Of a stretch of 64,000 bases of DNA, positions 36,182 to 48,585 are shown piece by piece. Every line of letters starts with the position of its first letter. Position 1 is the first letter of the stretch. A program made the translations under genes and the position numbers. Under the pieces are notes generated by a model. It saw only the letters and a list, made by a program, of their open reading frames with translations. It did not search any database and had not been told where the DNA came from. Location of the stretch: NCBI RefSeq assembly GCF_024521635.1, contig NW_026250424.1, positions 186,001 through 250,000 of the forward strand. The letters run 5' to 3'. This DNA is from Tricharina praecox. Taxonomy: Eukaryota.

Positions 36182-39100
36182 ACAGCTTCGCCAAATCCAG
36201 CAGGGTCAATTACAGCAGCAGCAGCACCAACATCTACAGCACCTCGGACTACCGCAGCAACAGTCCGGCGTACCAGTACAGAGTTTCTCTGTGCAACATG
36301 CTCCGCTACCCGTACAACAGCCTACTCCTCCTGTGATGACAACGATATCCTCGGAGGTGTCTTCCCCGCAGACCGAGAGCACGGATTCAACGAAACCCAG
36401 CGCGCCCTCGATCCGCACAGTTCCAGACCGAACACTCACCAAAAACCGTGCGGATTTCCGTCCGAAGACGTCAATACCGCAGGATCTTACGGCGGAGGAG
36501 TATGCCAGCCAATGCATCCAGGCAGCGATCGCAAGCCGTCTGTCGCCGTACCACCTGCACAGGGGTGAATACGAGCTGCTGCGTCACTACATTAACCACG
36601 TACACATCACCATCTACCTCCACATCCGGAACGGGATTCTGCGTCTCTGGCAGCGGAACCCGCTGGTCAGTGTGACCCGGGAAGAAGCGGCAGGCTGTGC
36701 AAAGGATTATCGGTTCTTCGATGTTGCGGAGGTGGCGTACGACTGGTTGGTCAGGAATGGGTATATCAACTTTGGATGCATAGAAGTTCCGAATACAATT
36801 ATCGGTCCTGTCAGCCCAATCAAGCGACAAAAGACTGTAGTCGTGATCGGGGCCGGAATGGCCGGCCTGGGTTGTGCCCGGCAACTCGAAGGGCTGTTCT
36901 CGCAACTGGGGGATAAGTTGCAACCGGACGAACATCCGCCAAGAGTTGTGGTTCTCGAAGGCAGAGGCCGGATCGGTGGGCGTGTTTACTCGCACCCGTT
37001 GAAGGACCAGTCGGGGTCGACGCTTCCACCCACAAAGCGTGTGACCGCTGATCTGGGCGCACAAGTAATCACTGGTTTCGAAAATGGAAATCCGCTGAAT
37101 ATTCTTGTGCGAGGGCAGTTGGCGCTGGAGTACCATAGTCTGAAGGACAATGAGGTGCTTTTTGACTCGGACGGGTCGATGGTCGATAAGGAGTGCGATA
37201 GACTTGTAGAGAAGCTGTTCAACCACATGCTCGATCGCGTGTCAGCCTACAAGCAGCGGCCAAAGTTATTGAAAACAATGGAGGGAGATCGCGAATTAAT
37301 AGATAATGGGAAAGATCCAACCGGAGAAGGTGGCGAGTCTGTGGCCGCGGTAGAGGCAAAGGGGGTCGAGATTCCGTCAATTGAGATCGCACACCCCGCA
37401 ACCGACGTGGAACCACTCACCGGCAAGCCTTCCAATGTAGCGACTGCCGAGCAGGTGCGAGAGCTTGGTTGGGAGCTGAAGCCCGAAATCACGGGCGAAG
37501 AGACGATTTCGTTGGAACCGCAGGGGTCGAATCTACAGTTCCCGACGCTTGGGAAAACGATGGATGCTGCGGTACAAAAGTACCAAGACTTCTTATCGCT
37601 TACCCCCCTCGATCTCAGATTGATGAACTGGCACTATGCAAACCTCGAGTATGCAAATGCCTCCACTGTTGATTCTTTGAGTTTGGGACACTGGGATCAA
37701 GATGACGGACAGGAGCCTGCTGGGCCGCACTCGGTCCTGCTCGGAGGGTACATGCAGGTTCCGAGAGGCTTGCTGTTGGCGCCAAAGTTATTAGATATCA
37801 AGCCCCGTCACATTGTCAAGAAGATTGTATCTGGGCTTGGTAAGGACGACCTCTCGAAGATCGAGTGCGAGAATGGGGTTGTCATTGAGGCGGATGCGAT
37901 TGTGGTTACGCTGCCTTTGGGAGTATTGAAGGCCGAAAATGTTGAGTTTGAACCACCGCTGCCTGATTGGAAGACGGGGGCAATCAGGAGGATGGGCTAC
38001 GGATTGCTCAATAAAGTGGTATTGGTCTTCGACGAGCCTTTCTGGGATGCAGACAACGATATGGTCGGTGTCTTACGGGACCCTGTGGGAGACCCCCTAC
38101 AACAACAGAGCTACGAAGCTAATAGAGGTCTATATCCTCTCAACCCCCCGTGGAATTGCTTACTGAGACGGACCAGGTCGATTCTATATGTTTTGGAACG
38201 CAATGAAGCAGAGTGGCAAGCCGGTTTTGGGTACGAATGTCACATACCCGAATCTCTCCTCAGATTATCTAACGGGTGGCTGTAGTTTCTTTAATGGCAG
38301 GCGAAGCAGCAGTACAAACGGAATTTGATACGGACGAGAATATCATCGAAGAGGCCACTGCCGCCCTGCAAAAGATGTACCCAGACAAAGTCGTCCCACC
38401 CCCAACCGAGACAATCATCACACGCTGGCGGAAGGATCCATTTTCCCGTGGAAGCTACTCGTACGTGGGACAGGAAGCGACGGCAGAGGACTATGACCTG
38501 ATGGCGAAGCCGGTCGGAAACAATCTCTACTTTGCCGGCGAAGCAACCTGCAAGTCGCACCCCGCTACTGTCCATGGCGCATACATCAGTGGCCTCCGCG
38601 CAGCAGCAGAAGTCGTCACCTCGATCCTTGGTCCGATCCAGCCTCCTTGCCATCCGCTCGTCCCCCCCAAGCCGAAGTTGGAGACGTCATACTCCGGCGC
38701 CACCTCGCGAAAACGAAAAGCTGAGGAATCCGCCATAGAGAAGTCCCGCGAGCTCAAAACCCAGCGGCTAGAGTCCCATGAGCAAGCCATGAACGACGCC
38801 CTCATCGCCACGCTCGGCGAGCGTCCCTCCAAGCCTGGCCGTTCCGGCGCTAACCCCTTCCTGCTCTACCAGAAGGACCACTGGTTCATCTGCAAAGGCA
38901 AATGCGACGAGGCTCGGCGGAAAGCTACTAATAACCCGGAAGCGAAGGCAACTAGGAATGAAGTTCGTGCAGCTCTGGGACAGATGTGGCGGGATGCCCC
39001 CGAGAATGAGAAGCGCCCGTATCTGGCCGAGACAGAGAAGAATAAGGAGAGTAATGCGGCTGGAATCGTGGACTTCAAAAAGAAAATTAAGGACTGGGAT

Positions 39101-39322
39101 GTTGCCGCCGCAAAGTTCAAGAAGGAGTGGAAGGAGAAGAATGTCAGCGTCCCGAGTGAAGAGGAAAAGCAGGCGACGAGGCAGGCAGAGTTGGAGGTCT
39201 GTTCGCCCCCGGTGGTAGTCTGTGGCGAGGGGAAGTGGTTGCTGACGAGAAGACAGAAGCAGGAGATTAAGCGCAGCCGGAAGATGAACGGATACGCTGA
39301 TTCGGAGGACGAAGATTACTGA
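35622..39322 (+). CDS. LSD1-type histone demethylase (polyQ, SWIRM, FAD amine oxidase, HMG box); introns 38128-38176, 38231-38285, 39197-39256
   Basis: SWIRM YLHIRNGILRLW..WLVRNGYINFG; VIGAGMAG, LEGRGRIGGRV, GYGLLNKVVL (catalytic Lys), RGSYSY, FAGEAT, TVHGAYISG; HMG-like NPFLLYQKD..LGQMWR..EKRPY. Confidence 0.92.
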
Positions 39323-40025
39323 GCTCCTCGCTACTATTGTTGATATAGTTTCCAGATCACAGATCCTTCTTCACTTCCTCGTCATTTCCTAGAGTCGGGT
39401 TTTACTTTGCTACCTACATCTTACTTAAAACTACGAAGTCCTTTGCTTTCACTTGTTCGGCTGTCATTCCCCGGTTTTACATACATCTTACTTCCCTTCT
39501 TCGTTGTAACCATACCTGCGCATTGTTTAAAAAAGGCGGGAGGGCTTTGCATGTTTCTTTGGTGCAGTTTAGGACGGTGGGCGACGAGATGAAAAGATTG
39601 AAACTGTACGATAAATTCCTACTTTACTCATAGTGTAAGTAATGCTTGGGTTGGCTTGGAGGAATAGAATCCAAAAACGGAAAAAAAAATATTCCGAGTT
39701 AAATGAAAGTTAACAGACATGGTGTCACTGTTTTAATTTATTTCTTGGTGAAGCCCCAGCCCTATCTTCGGAGTGTATGTAGAGTGTGTAGCTCCCGCGC
39801 AGTCAGCAGCTAGATAAAATTTGGAATCAGGATGGCCTTTCCGAAAATGCGATGGTGTCCACGTGGTCGAGCGAGTAGCTAGCCGGGTGTGCGTCTATCC
39901 ACCGACCTCTACGCGTCCGGAAGTTCGCGTTTCAACAGCCAGCACGAGCGCTTAACCAACACTCCACGACCACGCCCACGACGAACGACACAAATACCGA
40001 ATCCCCGCAGCTCAAGGCCGCAACA

Positions 40026-42407
40026 ATGGCCACGCCCCTCACCGACAAAGGCACACAAGTGCGCGAGCGTACGTCCCCGAACCCATTCTCTCCGCCCGTC
40101 AACGGTGGATACTGACCCCCTGCACAGAGGCCGAAAAAGCCTGTCTCCACGAAAACTCCCTCGTCCCCCCCTCGATTCCGTACACCGTCATCGACCTCGT
40201 CGGCAAAGGGTCGTTCGGCAGCGTCTTCAAGGGAATCCACACCCCTACCAACGCCGTTGTTGCCATTAAATCCCTCGACTTGGACCAGCATGACGAAGAG
40301 ATCCGAGACATCCAGAAGGAGATTGGATTGCTGACCCAACTCAAGGCCGGGGATGCGCCAAATATCACGGCTTTCCATAATTCCTACGTCCTAGGGACGA
40401 AGCTGTGGATCGTGATGGATTTTTGCTCGGGCGGGAGTATGAGGACGCTCATGAAGGCCGGACCGATTGAGGAGAGGTACATTGGTGTAGTGATCAGGGA
40501 GGCCCTAGTGGCATTGAGTTACCTCCATGCACAGGGGATTATTCATAGGGATATCAAAGGTATGTTGGTTATGAAGTGTGGGAATTGAGGGAGGGGGCTA
40601 ATTGAAGACGGTAGCGGCGAATATTCTGGTCAATCAAGATGGACGGGTGCAATTGTGCGATTTCGGAGTGTCGGCACAGCTCGCAGGGAAGAACAATAAG
40701 CGCAATACCTTCGTCGGAACGCCTCAGTGGATGGCGCCCGAGGCGCTGGCGGGTGGGTTGTATGACTCTAAGGTGTGCTCCTATGCTGCTGGATGATGGT
40801 GAGGGTAGAATGCTGACATGGCGAAGATTGATATCTGGTCCTTCGGTATCACCATATACGAGCTCGCCAAACAGAACCCACCGCTGTACCAATACCACCC
40901 GGAGCGAGTGGTAGACATGATTCCACGGATGCCGCCGCCACGCCTCGAGGGCGGGAATTGGTCCAACGGACTCCGAGAGTTCGTCGCGATGTGTTTGAAC
41001 GAGATACCGGACCAGCGACCACCAGCTGAGGAGCTCCAGCGATCGAAGTTCGTCAAAGCGAACAAGTCCCCGACGGCGATCATGCGCGAGCTGATCGTGA
41101 GGTACGAGCAGTGGGAGAGGGGTGGCGGTGTGAGAGCTTCTATGCTGTATGCGCCGGGTATGGGCGGAGGCATGGGGGATACTGTCACCTCGGATTCAAC
41201 TGAATCGGCTTGGGATTTTGACACTGTCAAGAACAGGATCTCAGGTGTGCCCAAGGAGTTTGAGATGCTGCAGGTGGTGGCTACACAGACGTTCAGGAGT
41301 GGGCCACAACTTACCAGGCAGCCATCTATCCACACGGGGGCCAGACCACGGGGGGCAGAGAAGCTGTACCGGTTATTTGAGACACCTGGTGAAGAGCAGC
41401 CTTGGGATGAGGAGCCGCCGCAGGATACTTACCAAGCGAATGGGCCCGGGGGGTCAATGACACCCATCCAGACGCATAATGGGTCCAGCAGCAGTCTGGG
41501 GATGATCTCTATTCCCTCGTTCGATGACAACGGGATGATGGTGTCGAATAACAACAACAATAACAACAACAACATACGGGCAAGAACACCCAGTCCCATA
41601 GGGATGATATCCATGCCAACGGAAGAGGAAATGATGGATATGGCACGACAAAAGGCAGCAGCTGCGGCGGCTGCGGCTGCGGCCTCGCCACCAACTCCGT
41701 CAGTTGCCCCAATTGCTCCTACAATCACTCGGACACGACCGTACATGGCAGACTCAGTAGGCCCATCCACGCCCATCGATGCTCCCTCCACCCCTTCCAC
41801 AATCACGCCCCACAATTTCAACCGCGACCCTTCCCCACGTCGCCAAATAGTCGCCACATCAGCCCCCTCCTCTCCGCCCCGCTTCGCCGGCCAGCTTCAA
41901 ACCGCCTCCGCCAACACGGCCAACAAACCGCACCACCTCTCCTCAAAATCCGTGCCCACCTTCGCTGGCCGGCCCCCAGACATTGCCCCTCCGGTCCCAA
42001 CCCTGGCAACCCCAAACCCCAAAGTCCGCTCCGCCGACTCCACGCCCATCCCGCACCTCAAAACCCGCTCGCAGGACATCACCGCGCGCACCCCCTCACC
42101 ACGTGTCGCCGGAGGCGGAAAACTAGCGTCTCGACCTAGCCACCTCAACCTTGTCGCCTCCAACGGCAGCAACTTTGATCGGCTCCAGCCCATACGGCAG
42201 GCGCAGCCCGACTGGGGAAGTCTCGATTTTCCACTCATGAAGCCGTTGGATACGGCCATATTGTCAAGCCCGGGTGGAGGCGAGATGATGCGCGAGCTGG
42301 ATAGAGTCCTCACGGGACTGGGGGATGCGTTGGAGGTTGTCGAGGTGGGTCTGAGGACGCTGCATAAAGATCGGAGGCAGAAAGTACCGGCGGATGTCGA
42401 GGAATGA
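40026..42407 (+). CDS. Ste20/GCK kinase, Kic1/Nak1/POD6-like; exons 40026-40068, 40128-40559, 40615-40772, 40827-42407
   Basis: [56 protein letters not shown] motif after the kinase domain (Mo25/Hym1-type docking); C-terminal helix. Confidence 0.9.
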
Positions 42408-42591
42408 TGTGTGTTTGGATTTCGCGCGTGCTTTTGGGATTGTTTTAAGAGGCGAAGGGGAGTTTTGGTTTGAGTATTGATTGTTGCTATTATGAGTTTA
42501 TATTTACTTGCTGTGCTGTAGACGGAATCGGTTCACCATACTCCAGCCAGAATTGATTCTGTAAGGCCATAGGATGGGAATCATTTCTATT

Positions 42592-43953
42592 CTACGGACC
42601 CAACCCTGCCGCCTCTTCGACCACCACATCCCCATGTGTCCCCTTCTTCCTCGTATCTGCCTCTAGAACATCCTCCAAGGTCATATCCCATGCAGCGCCG
42701 ACATTTCCCGCCTGCGCCCAGAACTTTGAAAGATGTCTCGCGCCCGAATCACACAAGATAGTGACAATCCTATGACCCGGCCCCATCTTGATCGCCGTCC
42801 TCACGGCAGCCACACAATTAACCGCACTTGAGGAGCCGATAAAGATCCCCTCCTTCTCAACCAAGTATCTCGCCATCGCCATAGCCTCCTCGTCCGACAC
42901 TCTAACAGCATCATCCACCATCTCCCTCCCAACCTCAAAATTATGCGTCACGCGGTTAATGCCAATCCCCTCGACGATAGTATCCACCTGGTGCCTCCTC
43001 CTCGTCCCCTCCCGTTCGCGCACATCAAACATAACCCCGTACTTGACACGGTTATACAGCCCGCTCCCGGGGGGATCAGCGAGGACGACCCTCAACCGTG
43101 GCAACCTCGGTTTCAAAAACTTCGCACACCCACTAATGGTGCCACCGGTTCCCGCGCCGGCCACAAACGCATCCAGCTTTCCCCCACACTGCCGCCAGAT
43201 CTCGGGCGCGGTGGAGTCGTAATGTGCGCGCCAGTTCGCGTCGTTCTCGAACTGGTCGGCGAAGTACCCGCGCCCCTCCATCTCCCCCTCTGTGTGCGTC
43301 CGCGCGAGCGTGCGCGCCCGGTTGACGAACTGGTTGGGATCAACGATGGGGGCGGGGGGCACCCGCGTTACGGCCGCGCCGAGCTTGAGCAGCAGACTGG
43401 ATTTCTCCGGGGATTGGTCGCTGGGCATCACGATGTGCGCGAGGTACCCGCGCGCACGGCAGAGTGTCGCGAGCGAGAGCCCGGTTGACCCAACGGTGCC
43501 CTCGTACACGGCGTCCCCTGAGTGCGGGGTCAGGAGGTGTGCGGCTTCGGCGGTTTTGAGGAGCGAGAGCGCCACCCGGTCTTTTATCGAGCCGCCGGGG
43601 GATAGGAACTATACGTCCATCCGCTGTCAGTTACCTACTGGCCGTCGGGGAATGCGGGAAACACAGACCTCAGCCTTGCCGAGGATCTCGCAGCCGGTGG
43701 CTTCACTAAGGGATTTTAGGTGGATTAGCGGGGTGTTGCCGATGCAGTCTTCGAGGCCGCGCGCGATTTGCTCGCGAGGAGGGGCTTCCTCATCGATGGT
43801 CAGGAAGGCGGGACGGAAGATGGAGCTGCGGCGGCGCCGACTAGGTGCGGGAGGAGGCGGGGAGAGGAAGGATTGTGTTGCCAATGTTGCAGCCACCCCT
43901 AATGCGACGCCGCAGCTGCAATAGAGGACGAGATTGCGGGTCGAGGTGTCCAT
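42592..43953 (-). CDS. Cysteine synthase-like PLP enzyme (Mcy1/cys12 type, N-terminal TM); exons 43953-43669, 43608-42592
   Basis: IGNTPLI, GKAE|FLSPGGSIKDRVA, EGTVGSTG, FADQFEN, GAGTGGT, VEGIGINR, TILCDSG. Confidence 0.9.
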
Positions 43954-44113
43954 TCGGTCGTGGCTGTGGTCAGGGTGAGGCTCATTGGCGTTTGGTGGGG
44001 TTCTTGAAGCTGCGGGTCCGCATTCATCACGGAAAAGCAATAATCCGACAAGCATAACAACGGCTCTCCCCGCTGGCCGACCATCCCCACACAAAACTCA
44101 ATCAGAACTCGCT

Positions 44114-44997
44114 ATGAACCGTCTCGCCATCGTACCACGCTCTCTGCTCCGAACAGGTCTTCGGAGGCTCGCCGTCACTCCCTCCAGGTATGTCTCCCAA
44201 TTGACTTCTCCCATCGACCACAACGCTAACCTACCATCCAGGCCCCACCTCGTCCTGCCGCTCCTCACCCGCGCAGCCTTCAGCACTACTCCCATTCCGG
44301 CGGCCAAAAAGAAAGCCTCTCGCGAAGCGGCCGTCGCCTCCGCCGCAGAAGATGCGCCCACCGCGGAAGTTATCGACTTCGATGCGCAATTCGACAAACT
44401 CGAGAGCGACATCGCGCGCATCGCCGACCGGCTGAAAGACGACCTCAGCAAGCTGCGTGCTGGCCGTGCCGACCCAAGTATCCTCGAGGGGCTGGACGTA
44501 GTGGTCGATAAGGCCCAGGGAGATGCCGTCCCGCTGAGGGATGTGGCTCATGTGGTCACCAAGGGGAGGGGGCTGGCCGTGACGGTGTATGAAGCGGCGG
44601 TTTGTGCCCCGTCCACGAAATAACTGGGTCACTGGCTGATACTAGGCTTGCGCAGAATGTCAAACGCGTCGTCTCTGCCATCCAAATCGCGGATCTGAAT
44701 CTGCAGCCAGTGGTGGATGCGAAAAACCCCCAGCTGGTGAATGTACCGCTTCCTCCGCCGACGAGGGACAGCAGGGATGCTATGGTTAAGCAGTCGAAGG
44801 ATGTTGGACACAAGGCCCTAGATGCGCTGAAGAATGCGAGGCTGGCCACGCATAAGAAGATCCAGGCGACTAAGAAGACGGTCCGTCCGGATGACCTGAA
44901 GAAGGCGGATAAGAAGATGGAGGATATTGTCAAGAAGAGGAAGGCAGAGCTGGAGGCAGTTATTGCGGCGGCGCAGAAGGGGATTATGGAGGCTTAA
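44114..44997 (+). CDS. RRF1: Mitochondrial ribosome recycling factor; introns 44188-44241, 44600-44655
   Basis: Arg/Leu-rich presequence; LSKLRAGRADP, PLRDVAHV, LNLQP, VPLPPPTRDSR, helical C-terminus. Confidence 0.82.
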
Positions 44998-45427
44998 GGG
45001 ATGAGGGATGAATTGAGTGCTTGTGAAGGACATGTAGATATCAACGTCGAGATCTACTGTTCCCGCAACCCAGAGGAAATGCTGAGACTCCGGAATAGCA
45101 ATTTTCCAATGCAAAAGACGGGCCAAAACAGGTGAAATTCCCACAAGAGGTTCACGCTGTACAAGAAATACCTTCCCCGATCACCCTCGTATTCTCTGGA
45201 TTGTGGGGAATGTACAATACTCTATGTATAAAAGTCTGTATTGGGACATACAAAGCGAAGCATCGACGCCAAGCTTTGATCGCTTCGAGCTTCTTTTTCG
45301 CTGCCCCACATTTTTTCCAAGACTCCGTCCGAACTCTCACTCACCCCACCAAGCTCAACAAACGACAGCGTTTTCCTTTACCCACCATCAGCCTCCGCTC
45401 CCGCCCTTTACAGTAATTCTCCGCAAG

Positions 45428-46802
45428 ATGGTCCGCAACATTGTCGTTCTCGGCGGATCCTCGCACCCCGAACTCGCCTACATGATCTGCCAGCAGCTCG
45501 GAATTCCCAATGGGCGCATCACGTTGAGCAAATTTGCAGTTGGCGAGACCCGCGTCGAGATCCAAGACTCGGTCCGCGGCAAAGACGTCTTTGTGATCCA
45601 GTCCGGGTGTGGCCGCGTAAACGACAACGTGGTGGAGCTGCTGATCACCATCTCGGCGTGCAAGACCGCGTCGGCCAAGCGGGTCACCGCCGTGCTGCCA
45701 CACTTCCCGTACTCCCGCCAGAGCGACATTCCATACAACAAGACTGGGGCGCCCCTCGCAAAGCATGGAAACACCGGCGGCAGCAAGGATTTCACCTTCG
45801 AGAGTCGGCCGGTCACCCCGGGCCCCCCCCACCATGACCACCACGGGCCGGCGTTCTCGCACAGCGGTCTGGAGCGCGAGTTGAGCCGGCTCACCGTCGA
45901 GAGGAACTCGGACACCGGAGTCAATGGCATCGCGGGCACAAACGGACGCAACCCGTCGGCGTCGGTGCCGGGCACTCCCCTCCGCCGCACTAACACCGCC
46001 GAGTCCACGCCGGCCGGCGGAAACGGCTACAACAGAGCTCCCAATGGCTTCAATAACGACTATGCGCCCAACCGTGCTAACACGGGATACAAGCAGTGGG
46101 TTGCTCAGGCCGGAACCCTCGTCGCCGACCTCCTCACATGTGCTGGCGCCGACCACATCATCACCATGGACCTTCATGACCCCCAGTACCAGGGCTTCTT
46201 CGACATCCCCGTCGACAACCTGTACGGCCGTCCGCTGCTGCAGCGCTGGATCAAGTACAACATTCCCGACTACCAAAACGCCGTGATCGTCTCTCCGGAC
46301 GCCGGTGGAGCCAAGCGCGCCACCGCCATCGCCGACGCCCTCGGAATGGAATTTGCGCTGATCCACAAGGCACGTCCCCTTCCCTCCGCCATACGTCCCC
46401 TCACTAACCCAGCTGTAGGAACGTCGTCCGACACGAATCACAGAGCGGCAAAACGCGACGATGATGTTGGTGGGGGAGATCCGCGGCAAAGTCGCGATCC
46501 TGGTAGACGACATGGCAGACACGTCAAACACGATCACGCGGGCGGCGAAGCTTCTGAAGACGAAAGGCGGGGCGACAAAAGTGTACGCGCTGGTGACGCA
46601 CGGCGTGTTCTCCGGCGACGCTATCGAACGTATCAACGCCTCCGCCCTCGACAAGGTCATCTGCACCAACTCTGTCCCCCAGGAGGAGCACCGCAGACAT
46701 TGTCCCAAGCTCCAGGTCCTCCCCGTCCATGAGGTCTTTGCTGAGGCCATTAGACGCGTGCATCATGGTGAGAGTATTAGTGTTTTGTTTAGACAGGAGT
46801 AG
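45428..46802 (+). CDS. Ribose-phosphate pyrophosphokinase with long insertion (Prs5-like); GC-AG intron 46370-46418
   Basis: [73 protein letters not shown]. Confidence 0.92.
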
Positions 46803-47351
46803 TTGGATGGCGCGCTAGTTAGCGGGATTTGTTAATAGGATTATGGGAGTTTGGTGCGGTTGGGTCTGGTCTGGGTTGGGGGGAAAAGCGGTTGTTTTCT
46901 TCTAGGTTCTAGGTATTGATTGATTGGTACGGATTTTCTGTTACGTTGGGTTGGATTGCTTGCTGTGTTGCTGTGTTGTGCTGTGATGTACATGACGATG
47001 TTTGCGTGGTGGGATCACTTGCTGTGGAATAGGAGACTTTCTGTTGTGTTTTACAGTACTTAACCATGAAAATGTCCAACCATATACCCACATCTTTCCT
47101 GCTTGTGTTCGTCTCAAACAATGAGAACCAGTCCGGCACCTACCGGCTGACTAACCACAACCCGATTAGCACCTCTACATATAGTATTGCCGCGGGGTTC
47201 GCGAAGCTGCCGAATGCCTGCCGCAGCCACGGCGGCGCACTCCGAGCGAGAGCCCGAGCTCTCGATCTCGAGACTCGAGGTGAAGCTCTGCGCCACGCCA
47301 CCTACCCACCTATCTAGCCAATTACAACCTCCAGATACATACAGCTACACA

Positions 47352-48585
47352 ATGGCATCAGCCACCCAAGCCAGCGCCGTTCTCCGGCGCTCCCTGCTCT
47401 ACGGTACGTGAGCCGGTCTGTCGGTCGCCCTACAGCCCAGTTCCAACCAGCCCTCCAGCCCTCCAGCCCTCCACTGACCGGCCTCCGTCTCCGTCACAGT
47501 CCCCGGCTCCAGCACACGGATGCTGCAAAAGTCGCGCTCGCTGAAAGCCGACTGCATCGTACATCCCCCCGCTTCTCACCACCACCAGCAGCTCATGAAC
47601 CACGCAGGCCTACGACCTTGAAGACAGCGTAACACTATCGCAGAAGCCGGTGGCGCGCCAGCAGATCCGCGAGGTACTCTCGCTGCCCCGCGCGCAGGGA
47701 ATTCGCGAGCAGGCTGTAAGGATCAATGCCGTCGACACGGGGATGGCGTTGGCGGATTTAAATGAGATTGTGAGTAGCTACCTACGTGGGAGACGGTGGG
47801 GAGGATGGGAGAGAGGATGGGGGGAGGGGGAAGAGGGGGCTGATGGTAGGAGTAGTTGAAAGCACAGCATGTAGACGCCATTGTCGTGCCGAAGGTTAAT
47901 AAGGCGTCCGACCTGTTTGTGGCCCGCCCCCTCTCCCGCCGCCGTCTCATGCTAACCCTCCTCCAGGACTTTTGTAGCCGACGTCCTCGCCGCGTCCGGC
48001 CACCCTAACGCCCGCAGCATCCGTTTAATCGCACTAATCGAGTCCGCGCGCGCCGTGATGGACATCCGCTCGATCTGCCTTTCCGTCCCGCAGCTATCCG
48101 GGCTAATCTTTGCCGCGGAGGACTTCTCACTGGACCTATCCCTGACGCGTACGCCCAGCCTGACAGAGTTCCTATTCGCGCGGCAAACGATCGTTGCAGC
48201 GGCGCGCGCATACGAGCTTGACGGCGGCGCGATCGACCTGGTGTGCACGGATTTCAGGGATACGGGGGAGGGGGGGGCGTTGGTGAGGGAGTGTAGAGAT
48301 GGCAATGGCATCGGGTTCAAGGGCAAACAGTGTATTCACCCGTCCCAGACGGAGGTCGTCGAGAGGCTCTTTGCGCCACAGGAGGAGAGGGTCAGGGACG
48401 CGGTTAGGCTGCTGTGTGCGGAAAAACACGCGGAGAGGCAGGGGAGGGGAAGCTGGACACTTGATGGGAAGATGGTTGATCGGCCTGTTATTGAGGCGGC
48501 CAGAAAGGTGCTGGAGAAGGCGCAGTTGGCGGGGTTGGAGACGGAGAGGTTCTGGCGGGAGTTTAGAGATGTTACGCCGGAGTAG
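47352..48585 (+). CDS. Citrate lyase beta-like (CitE/CLYBL, HpcH/HpaI fold); exons 47352-47403, 47500-47558, 47608-47769, 47856-47914, 47967-48585
   Basis: [58 protein letters not shown]; all intron phases consistent. Confidence 0.88.

Noticed and set aside
45203..45427. N-terminal extension of PRPP synthetase
   Set aside because: The upstream ATG overlaps the likely TATA box (TATAAAA ~45227), and homologs start at MVRNIV.
45341..46750. 469-aa antisense ORF
   Set aside because: Shadow of the GC3-rich PRPP synthetase CDS; no recognisable motifs.
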